From Octopus sinensis (Eukaryota), in assembly GCF_006345805.1 (NCBI RefSeq), contig NC_043007.1:12772001-12836000 (forward strand): a stretch of 64,000 nt of DNA. The letters are read 5' to 3'. This document shows, piece after piece, positions 1 through 10,590 of the stretch (position 1 is its first letter; each line of letters begins with the position of its first letter). Below the pieces are notes generated by a model. It saw only the letters and a program-made list of their open reading frames with translations. It did no database searches and was not told the origin of the DNA. Position numbers and translations under genes: made by a program.

Positions 1-480
1 TTTTTTTTTTTTAAGAATTTAAGCTAATTTCATAAGTTTAATTTATATTATTTAAAATATTTTACGCACACACACACAACTATTTCAAGCATTACCTCCT
101 CTTACTTTTTTTTCTCTATTTTTAATATCATTTTATTACGGAGCTGATAAGAGAATCTCTGAAATCTGCCCAGATTTTTCTTTCAGCCAAAATCTCCCAT
201 CAGTATTGAATGGAGTTATAGTTATCTCCCTTGTATATTTTGCTATTCCGTGATTTCCCTTCACTGCAAATTTAGTCACTCCATCATCCACTTTTATTAC
301 TATCAGCCTTTATATATTTTTTATAAAATCAAACAAAATATTGTAATAGATTTTCTTAAAATAGTATGGAAATTGATTTTATAGACATATATAATTAAAT
401 AATAAGGGTAGAAATTGATGTTAATCAATTAAAACCAGTGGCTTAGCATATTTAAAAATCTGAAGATTAAAAGCTGTGTT

Positions 481-769
481 ACATACAAAATTAAGAGGTC
501 TGACCACTAAAGTGAACACCTTATATGCTAAACATAGACATCAAATCTTCATTACCACGAAGAATGTGTTCTCAAGAAAAAATCTCTGCAAAATGTAAAA
601 ATGAGTAAGACAAATGAAAACATACAAAATAAAAACGTTTTTATTTCGTATGTTTGCTCATTTTTACATTTTGGTGTTTTGCTGAGAACACATTCTTCGT
701 GGTAATGGCGATTTAATGTCTATGTTTAGCATATAAGGTGTTCACTTTAGTGGTCATTCCTCTTAATTT

Positions 770-776
<7 letters not shown>
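481..776. mobile_element. Palindromic MITE (Tc1/mariner-type fold-back)
   Basis: ACATACAAAATTAAGAGG... pairs with ...CCTCTTAATTTTGTGTGT over most of its length, centred on AATAAAAACGTTTTTATT, in a TA context. Confidence 0.7.
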
Positions 777-798
<22 letters not shown>

Positions 799-800
<2 letters not shown>

Positions 801-929
801 CATCATCATCGTTTAATGTCCGCTTTCCATGCTAGCATGGGTTGGACGAATGACTGAGGGCTGGTGAACCTTAGTCATTCATCCAACCCATGCTAGCATG
901 GAAAGCGGACATTAAACAATGATGATGAT
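799..929. repeat. Fold-back of two SINE 3' tails
   Basis: ~60-bp arms (…AATGTCCGCTTTCCATGCTAGCATGGGTTGGA…) around a 9-nt loop GCTGGTGAA. Confidence 0.8.
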
Positions 930-1456
930 ATATAGATATATTATAATTAGCAATTATTTGCACCGTTTAGAAATTCAGCTGATGATAAATGTAACAGCAG
1001 AAATACACAATTGAAGGGAAATGTAGGTGTGATACTTTCAGAATTATTCAATTATTATTAAGTTGTAATATATAATTATTGATTTATTGATGATCTTAGC
1101 ATCTAAATTTATAAAACGAATTATATAAAAAAAAATCTAAGTAACCTGGGTTGTGACTACTAAGTTTTTGTATAATGAAGAGGGTGATCTGATTCTGAAG
1201 ATTAAAATGGTGTTCAGTGTTGCACATATTGATTTACTGTATCTGCTGGCATACAAGACGCACCCCTATTTTCCAAATATATTTTGTATTAAAAAAAAAA
1301 ATGAAAAAAAAATTAGCATTTGAACATACACTTAATGATATTTTTATGTGGCTTTGTATTGGGGGAAATGTTTGATTCTGTGTGTGTGAATATGTCTGAT
1401 ATTGCCAGCCAATCAATATTATTGTGTGCATATAACTCTTAATATTTCTTACCAAT

Positions 1457-1677
1457 GTGGCGAGCTGGCAGAATCGTTAGCATTCCAGACGAGATGCTTG
1501 GTAATTTGTCCATCTTCGTGTTCTGAGTTCAAATTCTGCCATGGTCAGCTGTGCCTTTCATCCTTTCAGGGTTGATAAAATAAGTACCAGTTGTGTACTG
1601 GATGGGCGGGGGGTGAGGGCAATGTAATGGGCTTACCCCCTCCTCCAAAATTGCTGGCCTTGTGCCAAAATTTGAAA
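1457..1677 (+). mobile_element. tRNA-derived SINE (family A)
   Basis: Head GGCGAGCTGGCAGAATCGTTAGC with A-box and B-box GAGTTCAAATTC; same family recurs more than 10 times in the window. Confidence 0.8.
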
Positions 1678-2250
1678 TCAATATTATATGTGTTGAAATA
1701 AATGACAAAAAAAAAAAAAAAATTCTCATCCAAAGAACAAATTGTTCCTTCTGCAATAATTGCAGAGAATGCATCTTTGTCTGTTTATCAAGGAAATCCC
1801 AAATTTCTCTTGGACAGATTCTGAAATTTTATATGTACAACAATGAATTTGTTGATCTTTGAAAAGTTAGGATTAAAACCTACCAGGATGGAAGTGTTGT
1901 ATACGTAGCTATTTTTGACAATTGTTCTAATAATTAATTTGATATTTCTATCAAAACTTTTGTGCAAAACTAACAATTTAAATATTTGTTATACCATGTA
2001 ATGCATTTCTCCAGCCTTTCTTTCATTGTGTATGCAATCAACTTATCAAACAGAAAGAAAAAAACTTGTTATCCAAACCTTATGGTTACTAGCTATTAAT
2101 ATTATTTCTATGTTTTGTGTAATAAAATTACTATTACATATATCTTACATTGAGTAGTAAGTATATTTTGTATTACTATGTAATAAATTTTTGAAAATGA
2201 ACTTGTATTTAACCTCAAAAAAAATTTTTTTAATTAAGAAAAGTGAAAGA

Positions 2251-2672
2251 AGGCGGCGAGCTGGCAGAATCGTTAGCACGATGGGCGAAATGCTTAGTGG
2301 TATTTCGTCTGCCGCTACGTTCCGAGTTCAAATTCCGCCGAGGTCGACTTTGCCTTTCATCCTTTCGGGGTCGATTAAATAAGTACCAGTTTCGCACTGG
2401 GGTCGATATAATCGACTTAATCCATTTGTCTGTCCTTGTTTGTTCTCTCTGTGTTTAGCCCCTTCTGGGCAGTAAAGAAATAGGTATTTCGTCTGTTGTT
2501 ACGTTCTGAGTTCAAATTCCGCCGAGGTCAACTTTGCCTTTCATCCTTTCGGGGTCGATTAAATAAGTACCAGTTACACACTGGGGTCGATATAATCGAC
2601 TTAATCCATTTGTCTGTCCTTGTTTGTTCTCTCTGTGTTTAGCCCCTTCTGGGCAGTAAAGAAATAGGTATT
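2251..2672 (+). mobile_element. tRNA-derived SINE (family A), tandem dimer
   Basis: Full head, then the body repeated with period 184 bp, joined at AAAGAAATA|GGTATTTCGTCTG. Confidence 0.85.
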
Positions 2673-2911
2673 TGTAACTTTCTCAAACTTTTGCATTAAT
2701 TTGAAATTATTAGCCAAGAATTGGCACCTTTTGTCAGTTGTCCAATTGTCTGGACTACATTTACAATCAACACCCCCACCCCTCTCTTCCTTTTGCAATT
2801 AGTTAAATATTCAGTTATCTCCATTAATAGTTATTTGCTACCATTCTTTGGTTACTTTTTTTTTTTCTTCTGTCATGTGTATGCACACACACACACACGG
2901 TTTAATGTCAA

Positions 2912-3323
2912 TCTCTCTATATATATATATAAAGCTGAAGTTTTCTGTGTATGGCAGGTTTGGTAGCCTTCAACTAACACTATCTCCTCCGAGACCCTGC
3001 AGCGCAAGTTGACCAAAATTGAGAGTACGATAGAAGAAGGCTTGCTCTTCCTTCCGTAGAAGAAAAAATTCAAATCGGACCATGTTAACACTAAAAATTA
3101 TTTACATCAAAAAGGTGCTTTTTTTTTTTTTTTTTATGAAAATCCCTATTTTTTACGATTTATTGACTGCTGTGTTGCCAGTTTTCGGTGTATTTCAACC
3201 AGAAAAATGTTCACTTAAAGAGAATAACAAGCTACATATTGCAAAATTTTTACTTTTCAAAAATTCCAATTCTTAAGGGTCGAAAAGAAAACAAACCCGA
3301 GCAACGCTGGGCGATACTGCTAG
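2912..3323 (+). mobile_element. Non-autonomous Helitron-like element, copy 1
   Basis: 5' TC(TA)n start, 3' GC-rich hairpin CCCGAGCAACGCTGGG then CTAG, inserted between A and T. Near-identical to 42960-43349 and 60854-61245. Confidence 0.75.
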
Positions 3324-3599
3324 TTTGCTTCTAAATCTGGATCCATTTGGACTGACTGATTTTCTGTTTTGTGCTGTGTTGTTTTCATCTCTCTTTTGTT
3401 AAACAGTCATAATATTGAGAGTTTGATTTTGTTCTGCCCTTGCACAAGACACTTTATTTCACATCGCCTCAATCCAATGAGCTGAAAACAACTACCCAAG
3501 GCAGCTGGAGGGGTTAACCCTGTGATGGACTGTCGTCAACAGAGGAGTCTTCTCAACACTCTGTCTCTCATACCTTACTGTTATCTCTGTTGATTGTAT

Positions 3600-3895
3600 T
3601 TATGAATTTTGCCTTTCATCCTTTCGGGGTCGATAAATTAAGTACCAGTTACGCACTGGGGGTCGATATAATTGACTTAATCCGTTTGTCTGTCCTCTCT
3701 GTGTTTAGCCCCTTGTGGGTAGTAAAGAAATAGGTATTTCATCTGCCACTACGTTTTGAGCTCAAATTCTGCCGAGCTTGACTTTGCCTTTCAGGAGCAA
3801 TAAATTAAGTACCAGTGAAACACTGGGGTCAATGTAATCAACTAGTCCCTTCCCCACAAATTTCAGGTGTTGTTCTTCCAATAGAAAGGATTATT
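3600..3895 (+). mobile_element. SINE family A, 5'-truncated dimer with two different tails
   Basis: Same body as 2251-2672, same junction at 3727-3740; the second unit ends in the CCCCACAAATTTCAGG-type tail. Confidence 0.75.
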
Positions 3896-4198
3896 ATTAT
3901 TATTATTATTATTATGATTAAAGCAGTGAGCTGGTAGAACTGGTAGTGCATTGGGTAAAATGCTTTACAGCATTCGTTCCAACTCCTTGTTCTTAGTTCC
4001 AATCCTGTTGAGGTCAGCTTTACCTTCATGCTTTTGAAGTTGATGAAATAATAAATATATATTTATTATAATTATATAAAGAGTATTTGACATTACAGTT
4101 AATACTCAAAATTAAATATATAAAAGTATATAAACCACGGTTTATATAGTTACTTTGCAGTTAAGTATTAACTGTAACATTAAATATTCTTTCTATAG

Positions 4199-4243
4199 GT
4201 AAATAACCAGTACATTCATAGGATTTTGCTATCCCTGAATGAG
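4199..4243 (+). CDS. Possible 45-nt internal exon (VNNQYIHRILLSLNE)
   Basis: Acceptor TATTCTTTCTATAG and donor GAG|GTTTGT; only phase 0 is open. No homology recognised. Confidence 0.2.
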
Positions 4244-4285
4244 GTTTGTAACCTTTATTTGTGCCTTTATATATATGTATATGTA

Positions 4286-4851
4286 TTGGGGTGTCCGGAA
4301 AGTTCATGCCGATTTATAGTAGCTTACCTTTCGACTTATTTTAGAACTTGGTTGAGTCCATAAAATAGGATTTGACTACACCTCCATTTAGTGCACAGTT
4401 TAAGCTATCTTTTCGTGGAAGAAGGTTTATGTTCCTATAACCAGTGTTAATTCTGTAACCCTTTAAAATGGAAGATAAGAAAGTTCATTTTCAGCACTTG
4501 ATGCTTTGGGAACCAGACAAAAATTGCTGCAGCTCGGCTGGGATGTGTTACCCCACCCTCCATATTCACCAGATATAGCTCCTTCGGATTTCCACTTATT
4601 CAGGTCTCTGCAGAATAGTCTTAATGGTAAAAATTTCAATTCCTTAGATGACATAAAAAGATACCTTGATGAATTCTTTGCCATGAAACCACCTCAATTC
4701 TGGGAAAAGGGTATTTTCATGTTAAAGGAAAGATGGAGACGCATTGTGCAACAAAATGGTTCATAGTTGGTTGATTAAAAATGTAATGGCAAGTATTTAT
4801 TGACCTTTTTCTTTCCTTTAAAAATCGGCACGCACTTTCCAGACAATCCAA
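4286..4851 (+). mobile_element. Mariner (D34D) element with internal deletion
   Basis: Imperfect ~30-bp TIRs (TTGGGGTGTCCGGAAAGTTCATGCCGATTT / AAATCGGCACGCACTTTCCAGACAATCCAA) in TA. N-terminal MEDKKVHFQHLMLW (ATG 4468) is fused out of frame to C-terminal LPHPPYSPDIAPSDFHLF...ERWRRIV. Confidence 0.92.
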
Positions 4852-5988
4852 AATATATATATATATATAGAACACAGTATTGATTTATAAAATCATCTGA
4901 TATATTATTGTTGCATAAATAAGTACGTTGTCCCTACAGGTCGTTAATATAAACAGGTTACCATTCGTTAGTTCTGTCTTACATTCATTTTTCAATGCTG
5001 GCATGAGTTGGATGAAACTTGTCAAGACAGATTTTCTATAATCAGATGCTCTTCTTGCCAACAACATTAACCTTTTTTTCTAAGGAAAGTATCTTTTTCT
5101 CATTCAACTGGTCCCTACATATGCTTTATACACACTTTTATCAAGTTGTGGTGCACCTGAGCACTGTGTACAATAATTTCATTATTATCATTATATCGAA
5201 AGTTTTACAGGAAAATGCAAACCAGAACATCTCTCTCTCCTCTTTGGGTAATATTTTTGTTCTGATTATGATATTAGGCTAGCGATTTTGAGGGAGGGGG
5301 CAAGTTGGTCGAATACTACTTATTTTAACGACACCAAACGGATGAAAGCCAATGTTGACCTCAGCTGAATTTGAACTCATTGTGGGTGTTGTTTTGAATT
5401 CAGTGCCGCTGCATGGCACTTTGGGTAAGTGTCTCCTACAGCCCTGGGTCGACAAAACTTTTTTTTTTTTAAAGTGTTTGTTTACATTTGCGCCCCTGTG
5501 AAAGTTACTCACAACGAGCGATGTTGTTGTGACTTCTGTCTACAAACCGTCCGTTTGCTTTACGTCTTCAAAGAGATCCTTTATTCGAAAAACAGAGAAG
5601 GGTGACCAAAAGGGTGCCCGGCTGTAAAATAAACCTAATCCATGTTATCATGCTAAAAGACGGACGTAAAATCAAAGAATATAAAAGCTTCTTTTCGGGT
5701 TCCATATACCAATTTCACTTACACACATGATGATGACCCGAGACTGTAATTAAAGACATTTGCTCGGGGTGCCATGCAGGGGGATTGAACCTGGACATAG
5801 ATGGTTGTGAAGCTAAATTCGTAATCACAAGGAAAAAAAAATGGCGCTCTCTGGTGTATGAAGAGTAATCTCCCCTTTTTGGTGTGAAAGCGTCGTCAGT
5901 ATTGGTTGGAGTTTATATCTTTTAAAGGTTAATCTCATTTAATCCGATAAATACTTATCAGATATTTACTTGGGATGTTAATACTTAT

Positions 5989-6198
5989 GCGGCGAGCTGG
6001 CAGAATCGTTAGCACGAAGGGCAATAATGCTCAGCGTCATTACGTTCTGAGTTCAAATTAAGCTGAGGTCAACTTTGCTTTATATCTTTTTCAGGGTCGG
6101 TAAGATAAGTCCCAGTTGAGTACTGGGGGGGGGGGGTCGATGTAATTGACCAGCCCCCCCCCCTCTGCCGAACTTGCAGGCCTTGTGCCAAAATTTGA
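5989..6198 (+). mobile_element. tRNA-derived SINE (family A)
   Basis: GGCGAGCTGGCAGAATCGTTAGC head, B-box, GCCTTGTGCCAAAATTTGAAA tail. Confidence 0.75.
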
Positions 6199-6451
6199 AA
6201 CGAATATCTTCGAATTCTATGAGTAGAAGGAAAAGGTGGCAAACTGAAAGTTGTTGGCGTTGACAGACATGTCGTGTGGCAGTTGTTTCACCCGAATGTA
6301 TGTGCTTTGAGTTCAAACCCCGTCAAAGCCAACTTATCATTTCAGGGTCGACAAAAAAAGTACCAATCAAAGGTGGTGGATAGGCGGAAATATTGGAGTG
6401 ACAAACAAGATGCCTTGTAGTTATTTGTTCTGCCCTTTTGTATTTTAACAG

Positions 6452-6662
6452 CAACAGATGCAATGACACTGGCCCAAGCTGTGGCCTTTCCCTTGGACAA
6501 CATCAGTGCCTTGGAGAGGATAAACTTGCACATATGGGCAAATGCCAGTCTTCCAAACATAATAATAACAGGCCTTTACTCAGGCCTGTGCATAGAGATG
6601 CAAGACCAACAGATGCAAGACCAACAGAGGCTTTCATGAATAACTCACTAGGGATTGAATAA
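6452..6662 (+). CDS. Probable terminal exon of an unidentified plus-strand gene
   Basis: Strong acceptor TTCTGCCCTTTTGTATTTTAACAG at 6451, higher GC than the flanks, two open frames (stops at 6639 and 6662). It is followed by ~1.1 kb of U-rich, repeat-free 3'UTR-like sequence with AATAAA near 7617. Product not recognised. Confidence 0.4.
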
Positions 6663-7814
6663 TTGAAGATTTCAAAGATCAAAGTATAAAAAACAAAATG
6701 TGTCCCACAAATAAGATTGTGGTTGTTGATCAAAAGCTAGGAACATTCTTTGGTTTTAATCTTTCAGAAAAGGAGTTTTAGTTGTTGATTTTTTTTTTTA
6801 CTTTGTTTTATTTTAGTATAAAAAATTATTTATTGAAAATTTAATTTTTTTCTCTCTTTTTTTGTTTGTTTTTGTTTGTTTTTGTTTTGCCAGCCAAGTT
6901 GATTATTCTCTATCATAGTTCGACTTTGGGAAGGGGATCTTCTGGGACTGTGGCATTGGTGACTCGTTTGCTTGCTAAAAGAAAAGAAGAAAAACAATTA
7001 TAAGACTTAGTTTGGAAACAAAGCAATACAATTAAGAAATGGAATAAATTTTTTAAAAACCAGCCCTGAAGCCCAAATGGTGTTGATTTAACATGCTAGG
7101 TGTAAATTTCAAATTTCTCAAACCTCTGACAAGTTTAGTACCAAAGCTTAGAGCCCATTAATTTAATTGCATTGCTTTTATTTGATTTGACAAGCATTAT
7201 TAAAATGGGGAGGACAAATATTAGCATATCCAATACTGAATTTGCTATATAATTGATGTAAAAAATGAAGCACCATTGCCCATAGAATGGTGTACACATC
7301 CTGTTACATTTCAATATATATTTACTAAAACAGCATTTTTCCTTAGGGAGTCATTAATAACATTACATTCTCTATTTTTCTAGTTTTTCAGAACTCTGGG
7401 TCCGTTTCATATTAAATTCATTTTTTTTACCTTCCCAAATCTAATTTCCTTTTAAGGAGAACAGGTATCATACAAATTAAATAAATTCTGTGATTCTGGT
7501 CAACAGCAATGGATTGCTCAGTTTAGTTATAAACAGAAATAAAACAGAAATGAGTTTTGTTTTGTTTTGTTTTTTTTTGTTTACTCATTAGAAATATCAC
7601 AGTTTTTAATTAACCACAATAAATGTCCTTTGTTTTTTAATTTATTATTTTTTTCATATAAATAACATCTAATATTTGACTTTTTTTTTTTACCTTGATT
7701 AGTGGTGAAACATTACAACAGAATGGAATCATTTTAAAGTTAGTGCAAAAACACAATTGAAAACAGTTTTTTTTTTTAAATCACATTGCAAATAATCACG
7801 GCACAAAGCCATAA

Positions 7815-8214
7815 ATTTTGGGAAAGGGAATAAGTAAATTACATCGACCCCAGTACGTAACTGGTACTTATTTTATCAGTCCAGAAAGGATGAAAGGCAA
7901 AGTCAACCTCGGAAAAATTTCCAACTCCGCATTTTATCTGGCGTTTACCTGCAAACAATTCTGCCATCTTGCCACCTTGATTAATATTTTCATATTAAAA
8001 AGGCAGTGAGTTGGCAGAAACATTAGCATGACAGGCAAAATGCTTAGTGATATTTCGTCTGTCTTTACGTTCTGAGTTCAAATTCCGTCAAGGTCGACTT
8101 TGCCTTTCATCCTTTCAGGGTCGATAAATTAAGTACCAGTTGCATACTGGAGATGATCTAATCAACTGGTCCCCTCCCCAAAAATTTCAGGCCTTGTGCC
8201 TAGAAAAGAAAACA
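7815..8214. mobile_element. Two family A SINEs head-to-head; the plus copy has a 20-bp target-site duplication
   Basis: Minus copy ~7815-7975, plus copy ~8003-8214. AATATTTTCATATTAAAAAG occurs at 7983-8002 and 8215-8234. Confidence 0.8.
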
Positions 8215-8558
8215 AATATTTTCATATTAAAAAGATTCTGTTTTTGGAGAGTGGGGGTTAATAGTTATTTGTCAGCATCAGATTCAGTTACAGAAAAAGG
8301 AAAACAACAAAAAGGATGCTCGACTCTAACATTAATAAGATTACTGTGAAAGTTATTTGAACTAAAATACAATAAAATAAACAGTTTCCATTGCTAAGGA
8401 GAATTCATCACAAAATAACGAACAATTCACCTCAGCAGTTTGCTACAATATATCACTTGCTCCCACCCTGAGTATTAATGAGAAAGTTCAGTCCTATATT
8501 TAAGAGATGGGGAATTATTTACATTTGACGGATATTTGTCCTCATCTTGTTTGTTGTT

Positions 8559-8604
8559 AACACAACGTTTCGGCTGATATACCCTCCAGCCTTCATCAGG
8601 TGTC
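8559..8604 (-). ncRNA. Minimal type I hammerhead ribozyme motif
   Basis: GACAC-CUGAUGA-A-GGCUG(GAGGGUAUAU)CAGCC-GAA-ACGU-U-GUGUU: stem I GACAC/GUGUU, stem II 5 bp, palindromic ACGU stem III, GUU cleavage triplet. Confidence 0.7.
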
Positions 8605-8678
8605 TTGGGGAAATTTTGAACCTAGGTTCTCATTCCTAAGGTATTTTTATATATTATTATTATTATTATTCAGGTCAC

Positions 8679-8748
8679 CATATGCCCATGGCATAGTGGT
8701 TAAGAGCGCAGGCTACTAACCCCAAGATTCTGAGTTCGATTCCAGGCA
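8679..8748 (+). pseudogene. tRNA-like Pol III head (not a functional tRNA)
   Basis: A and B boxes with tRNA spacing and a CUACUAA loop, but acceptor and anticodon stems are poor. Confidence 0.65.
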
Positions 8749-8955
8749 GTGATCTGAATAATAATAATAATAACATAGAAAAAATACCTTAGAAATGAGA
8801 CCCCAGGTTCAAAATTTCCCCAAGACACCTGATGAAGGCTGGAGGGTATATCAGCTGAAATGTTGTATTAACAACAAACAAGATGAGGACAGATATCTGT
8901 CAAATGTAAATAATGTAAATTAGAAAGTTATACAATATTCTTTTATTAAATAGAG

Positions 8956-9096
8956 AATACCAAACTCATTCCCTATGGATACCGTATTTATTACGAGTGG
9001 CTTATAAACGTATCTAACGAGTGAAAGCGAGTTAGATACGTTTACAAGCCACGAGTTGTAATAAATACGGTATCCATAGGGAATGAGTTTGGTATT
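8956..9096. repeat. 141-bp palindrome (MITE-like)
   Basis: AATACCAAACTCATTCCCTATGGATACCGTATTTATTAC... is the reverse complement of ...GTAATAAATACGGTATCCATAGGGAATGAGTTTGGTATT. Confidence 0.8.
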
Positions 9097-9189
9097 TTAT
9101 TTATTACACACGAATAAACGACCATATTTTATTAACCCAATAACTAAATTCTTCACGTTTAGTTGTAACTTATGAATGACAAAAGTAGT

Positions 9190-9397
9190 GCCGTCACCGT
9201 GACCTCGGGTCATCACCATGAATTGACCAATCAGAAGCAGCGCTGTCACCGTGACCTCGGGTCATCACCATGAATTGACCAATCAGAAGCAGCGCTGTCA
9301 CCGTGACCTCGGGTCATCACCATGAATTGACCAATCAGAAGCAGCGCTGTCACCGTGACCTCGGGTCATCACCATGGATTGACCAATCAGAAGCAGC
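9190..9397. repeat. 52-bp minisatellite, 4 copies
   Basis: GTCACCGTGACC starts at 9193, 9245, 9297 and 9349; each unit contains GACCAATCAGAAGC. Confidence 0.95.
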
Positions 9398-10177
9398 ACT
9401 CGCAGTATCTGACATGTTAGATACCAAAAATATCTCAAAGTGTTCTCACTCACATGTGTGTAATAATACCCAATTATTCTGCCACTCACCATAACCACTT
9501 CCTCAATGCTACATGCTTCCTGCTGTGATCAATCACAAAAACAAAAAAGACTAATGTTGCCAATCATACTTTATCCATCATCGTTGTTTTTATGCCCTTG
9601 TTAGCAGGAGTTGGATGAGACTTATTGAAGCTGAATGCCCTCCACCGTTTTTAAGTAAGATTATTTATATTCTACAAGTCTTCACACAAAACCAGAGCTA
9701 TGGAACATATTGATTACACAAGCAGAAGACAAATGTACCATAATGCAATACCAAGGTGAACACACTCACAAAGATAGGTTCTGTAGAGTTTCCATTTACA
9801 GAATTTCAGCCACAGGGTATTGGTTAACACAGAGGCAGTGGTAGAAAGACACAACCTGAGGTACCACACTGAGGGATGGAACCCAAAACCACATGGCTAC
9901 AAACCAAATTCCATATATCCACACACCCATGCCACACAAGAAATTACTAAAGGCTGTATATTTGATTCGGTCAATATTGGATTGGTTAATCATTTACAGC
10001 CAGCTCCTAAGATCAGGAAAATATCCAATCCTTACCAGAGGACTGAGTGAATCAGTAAGATGCAAGCAATGGTCTGTATTGGTGAAGTAAAAAAAATTTT
10101 TTTTTTAATAAAAGACTTCACAAGTGGAATAAATTTGCTGTTAGAAGACAAGCCTGAGGTTTTGAGGCTGAATCTGT

Positions 10178-10590
10178 CATCATCATCATTGTTCGACCGT
10201 GGTTGAGACAATGGAATTTACTATGTTACGCCAGACTTCACAGTCCATCATGGCATTACGGAGGTCCTGTTGCTGGATGCCTGTATCCCTGGAGATTACA
10301 TCAGGGTAGGAGAGTGTGTGCCCTCTGGTATCGCGAGCAGATGGCTTCCAGAGTAGAAATTACCTCGTTTTCAGCTCTACAACAATGTCCAGCAAACTGG
10401 ACTCTTCTACCTTTCACAAGAGATGATACAGGTGGTAATTTCCCATATATTTGTACTTTGGTTGGATGGCGCTTCCACGAGAGATTTTGAGCTCTCATAA
10501 GGAGGCGAGTGTAAGTTCCATCCAACCGCCTCTCAAGCTTCTTTGATGACATCCAGGTTTCTCAGCCATATAGTAGAATCTGTTGATGAA
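10178..10590 (-). mobile_element. Non-LTR retrotransposon 3' end (RTE-like)
   Basis: LERRLDGTYTRLLMRAQNLSWKRHPT...RRVQFAGHCCR, the post-RT region of RTE-type ORFs, ending in a (GAT)n tail. Confidence 0.8.

Larger units (their letters stand above)
8515..8913. mobile_element. Inverted-arm element: tRNA-like core between two Penelope-type hammerhead-bearing arms
   Basis: ~165-bp inverted arms (8515-8678 / 8749-8913). The core has A-box TGGCATAGTGG and B-box GTTCGATTCC. Each arm carries CTGATGA...GAAA. Confidence 0.8.

Noticed and set aside
1700-2030. Coding exon in the stop-poor stretch after the first SINE
   Set aside because: All frames are interrupted, there are no usable splice sites and no recognisable motif.
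5838-5860. YY1-like AAAATGGCG as a gene start
   Set aside because: Reads MALSGV* and has no supporting donor or CpG patch.
8679-8748. Functional tRNA-Ser(ACT)
   Set aside because: Acceptor and anticodon stems do not pair well and the sequence is embedded in a repeat; treated as a SINE-type head. The A/B boxes of family A and C SINEs are likewise not tRNA genes.
9190-9397. CRISPR-like array
   Set aside because: Units are tandem without unique spacers, and the context is eukaryotic.
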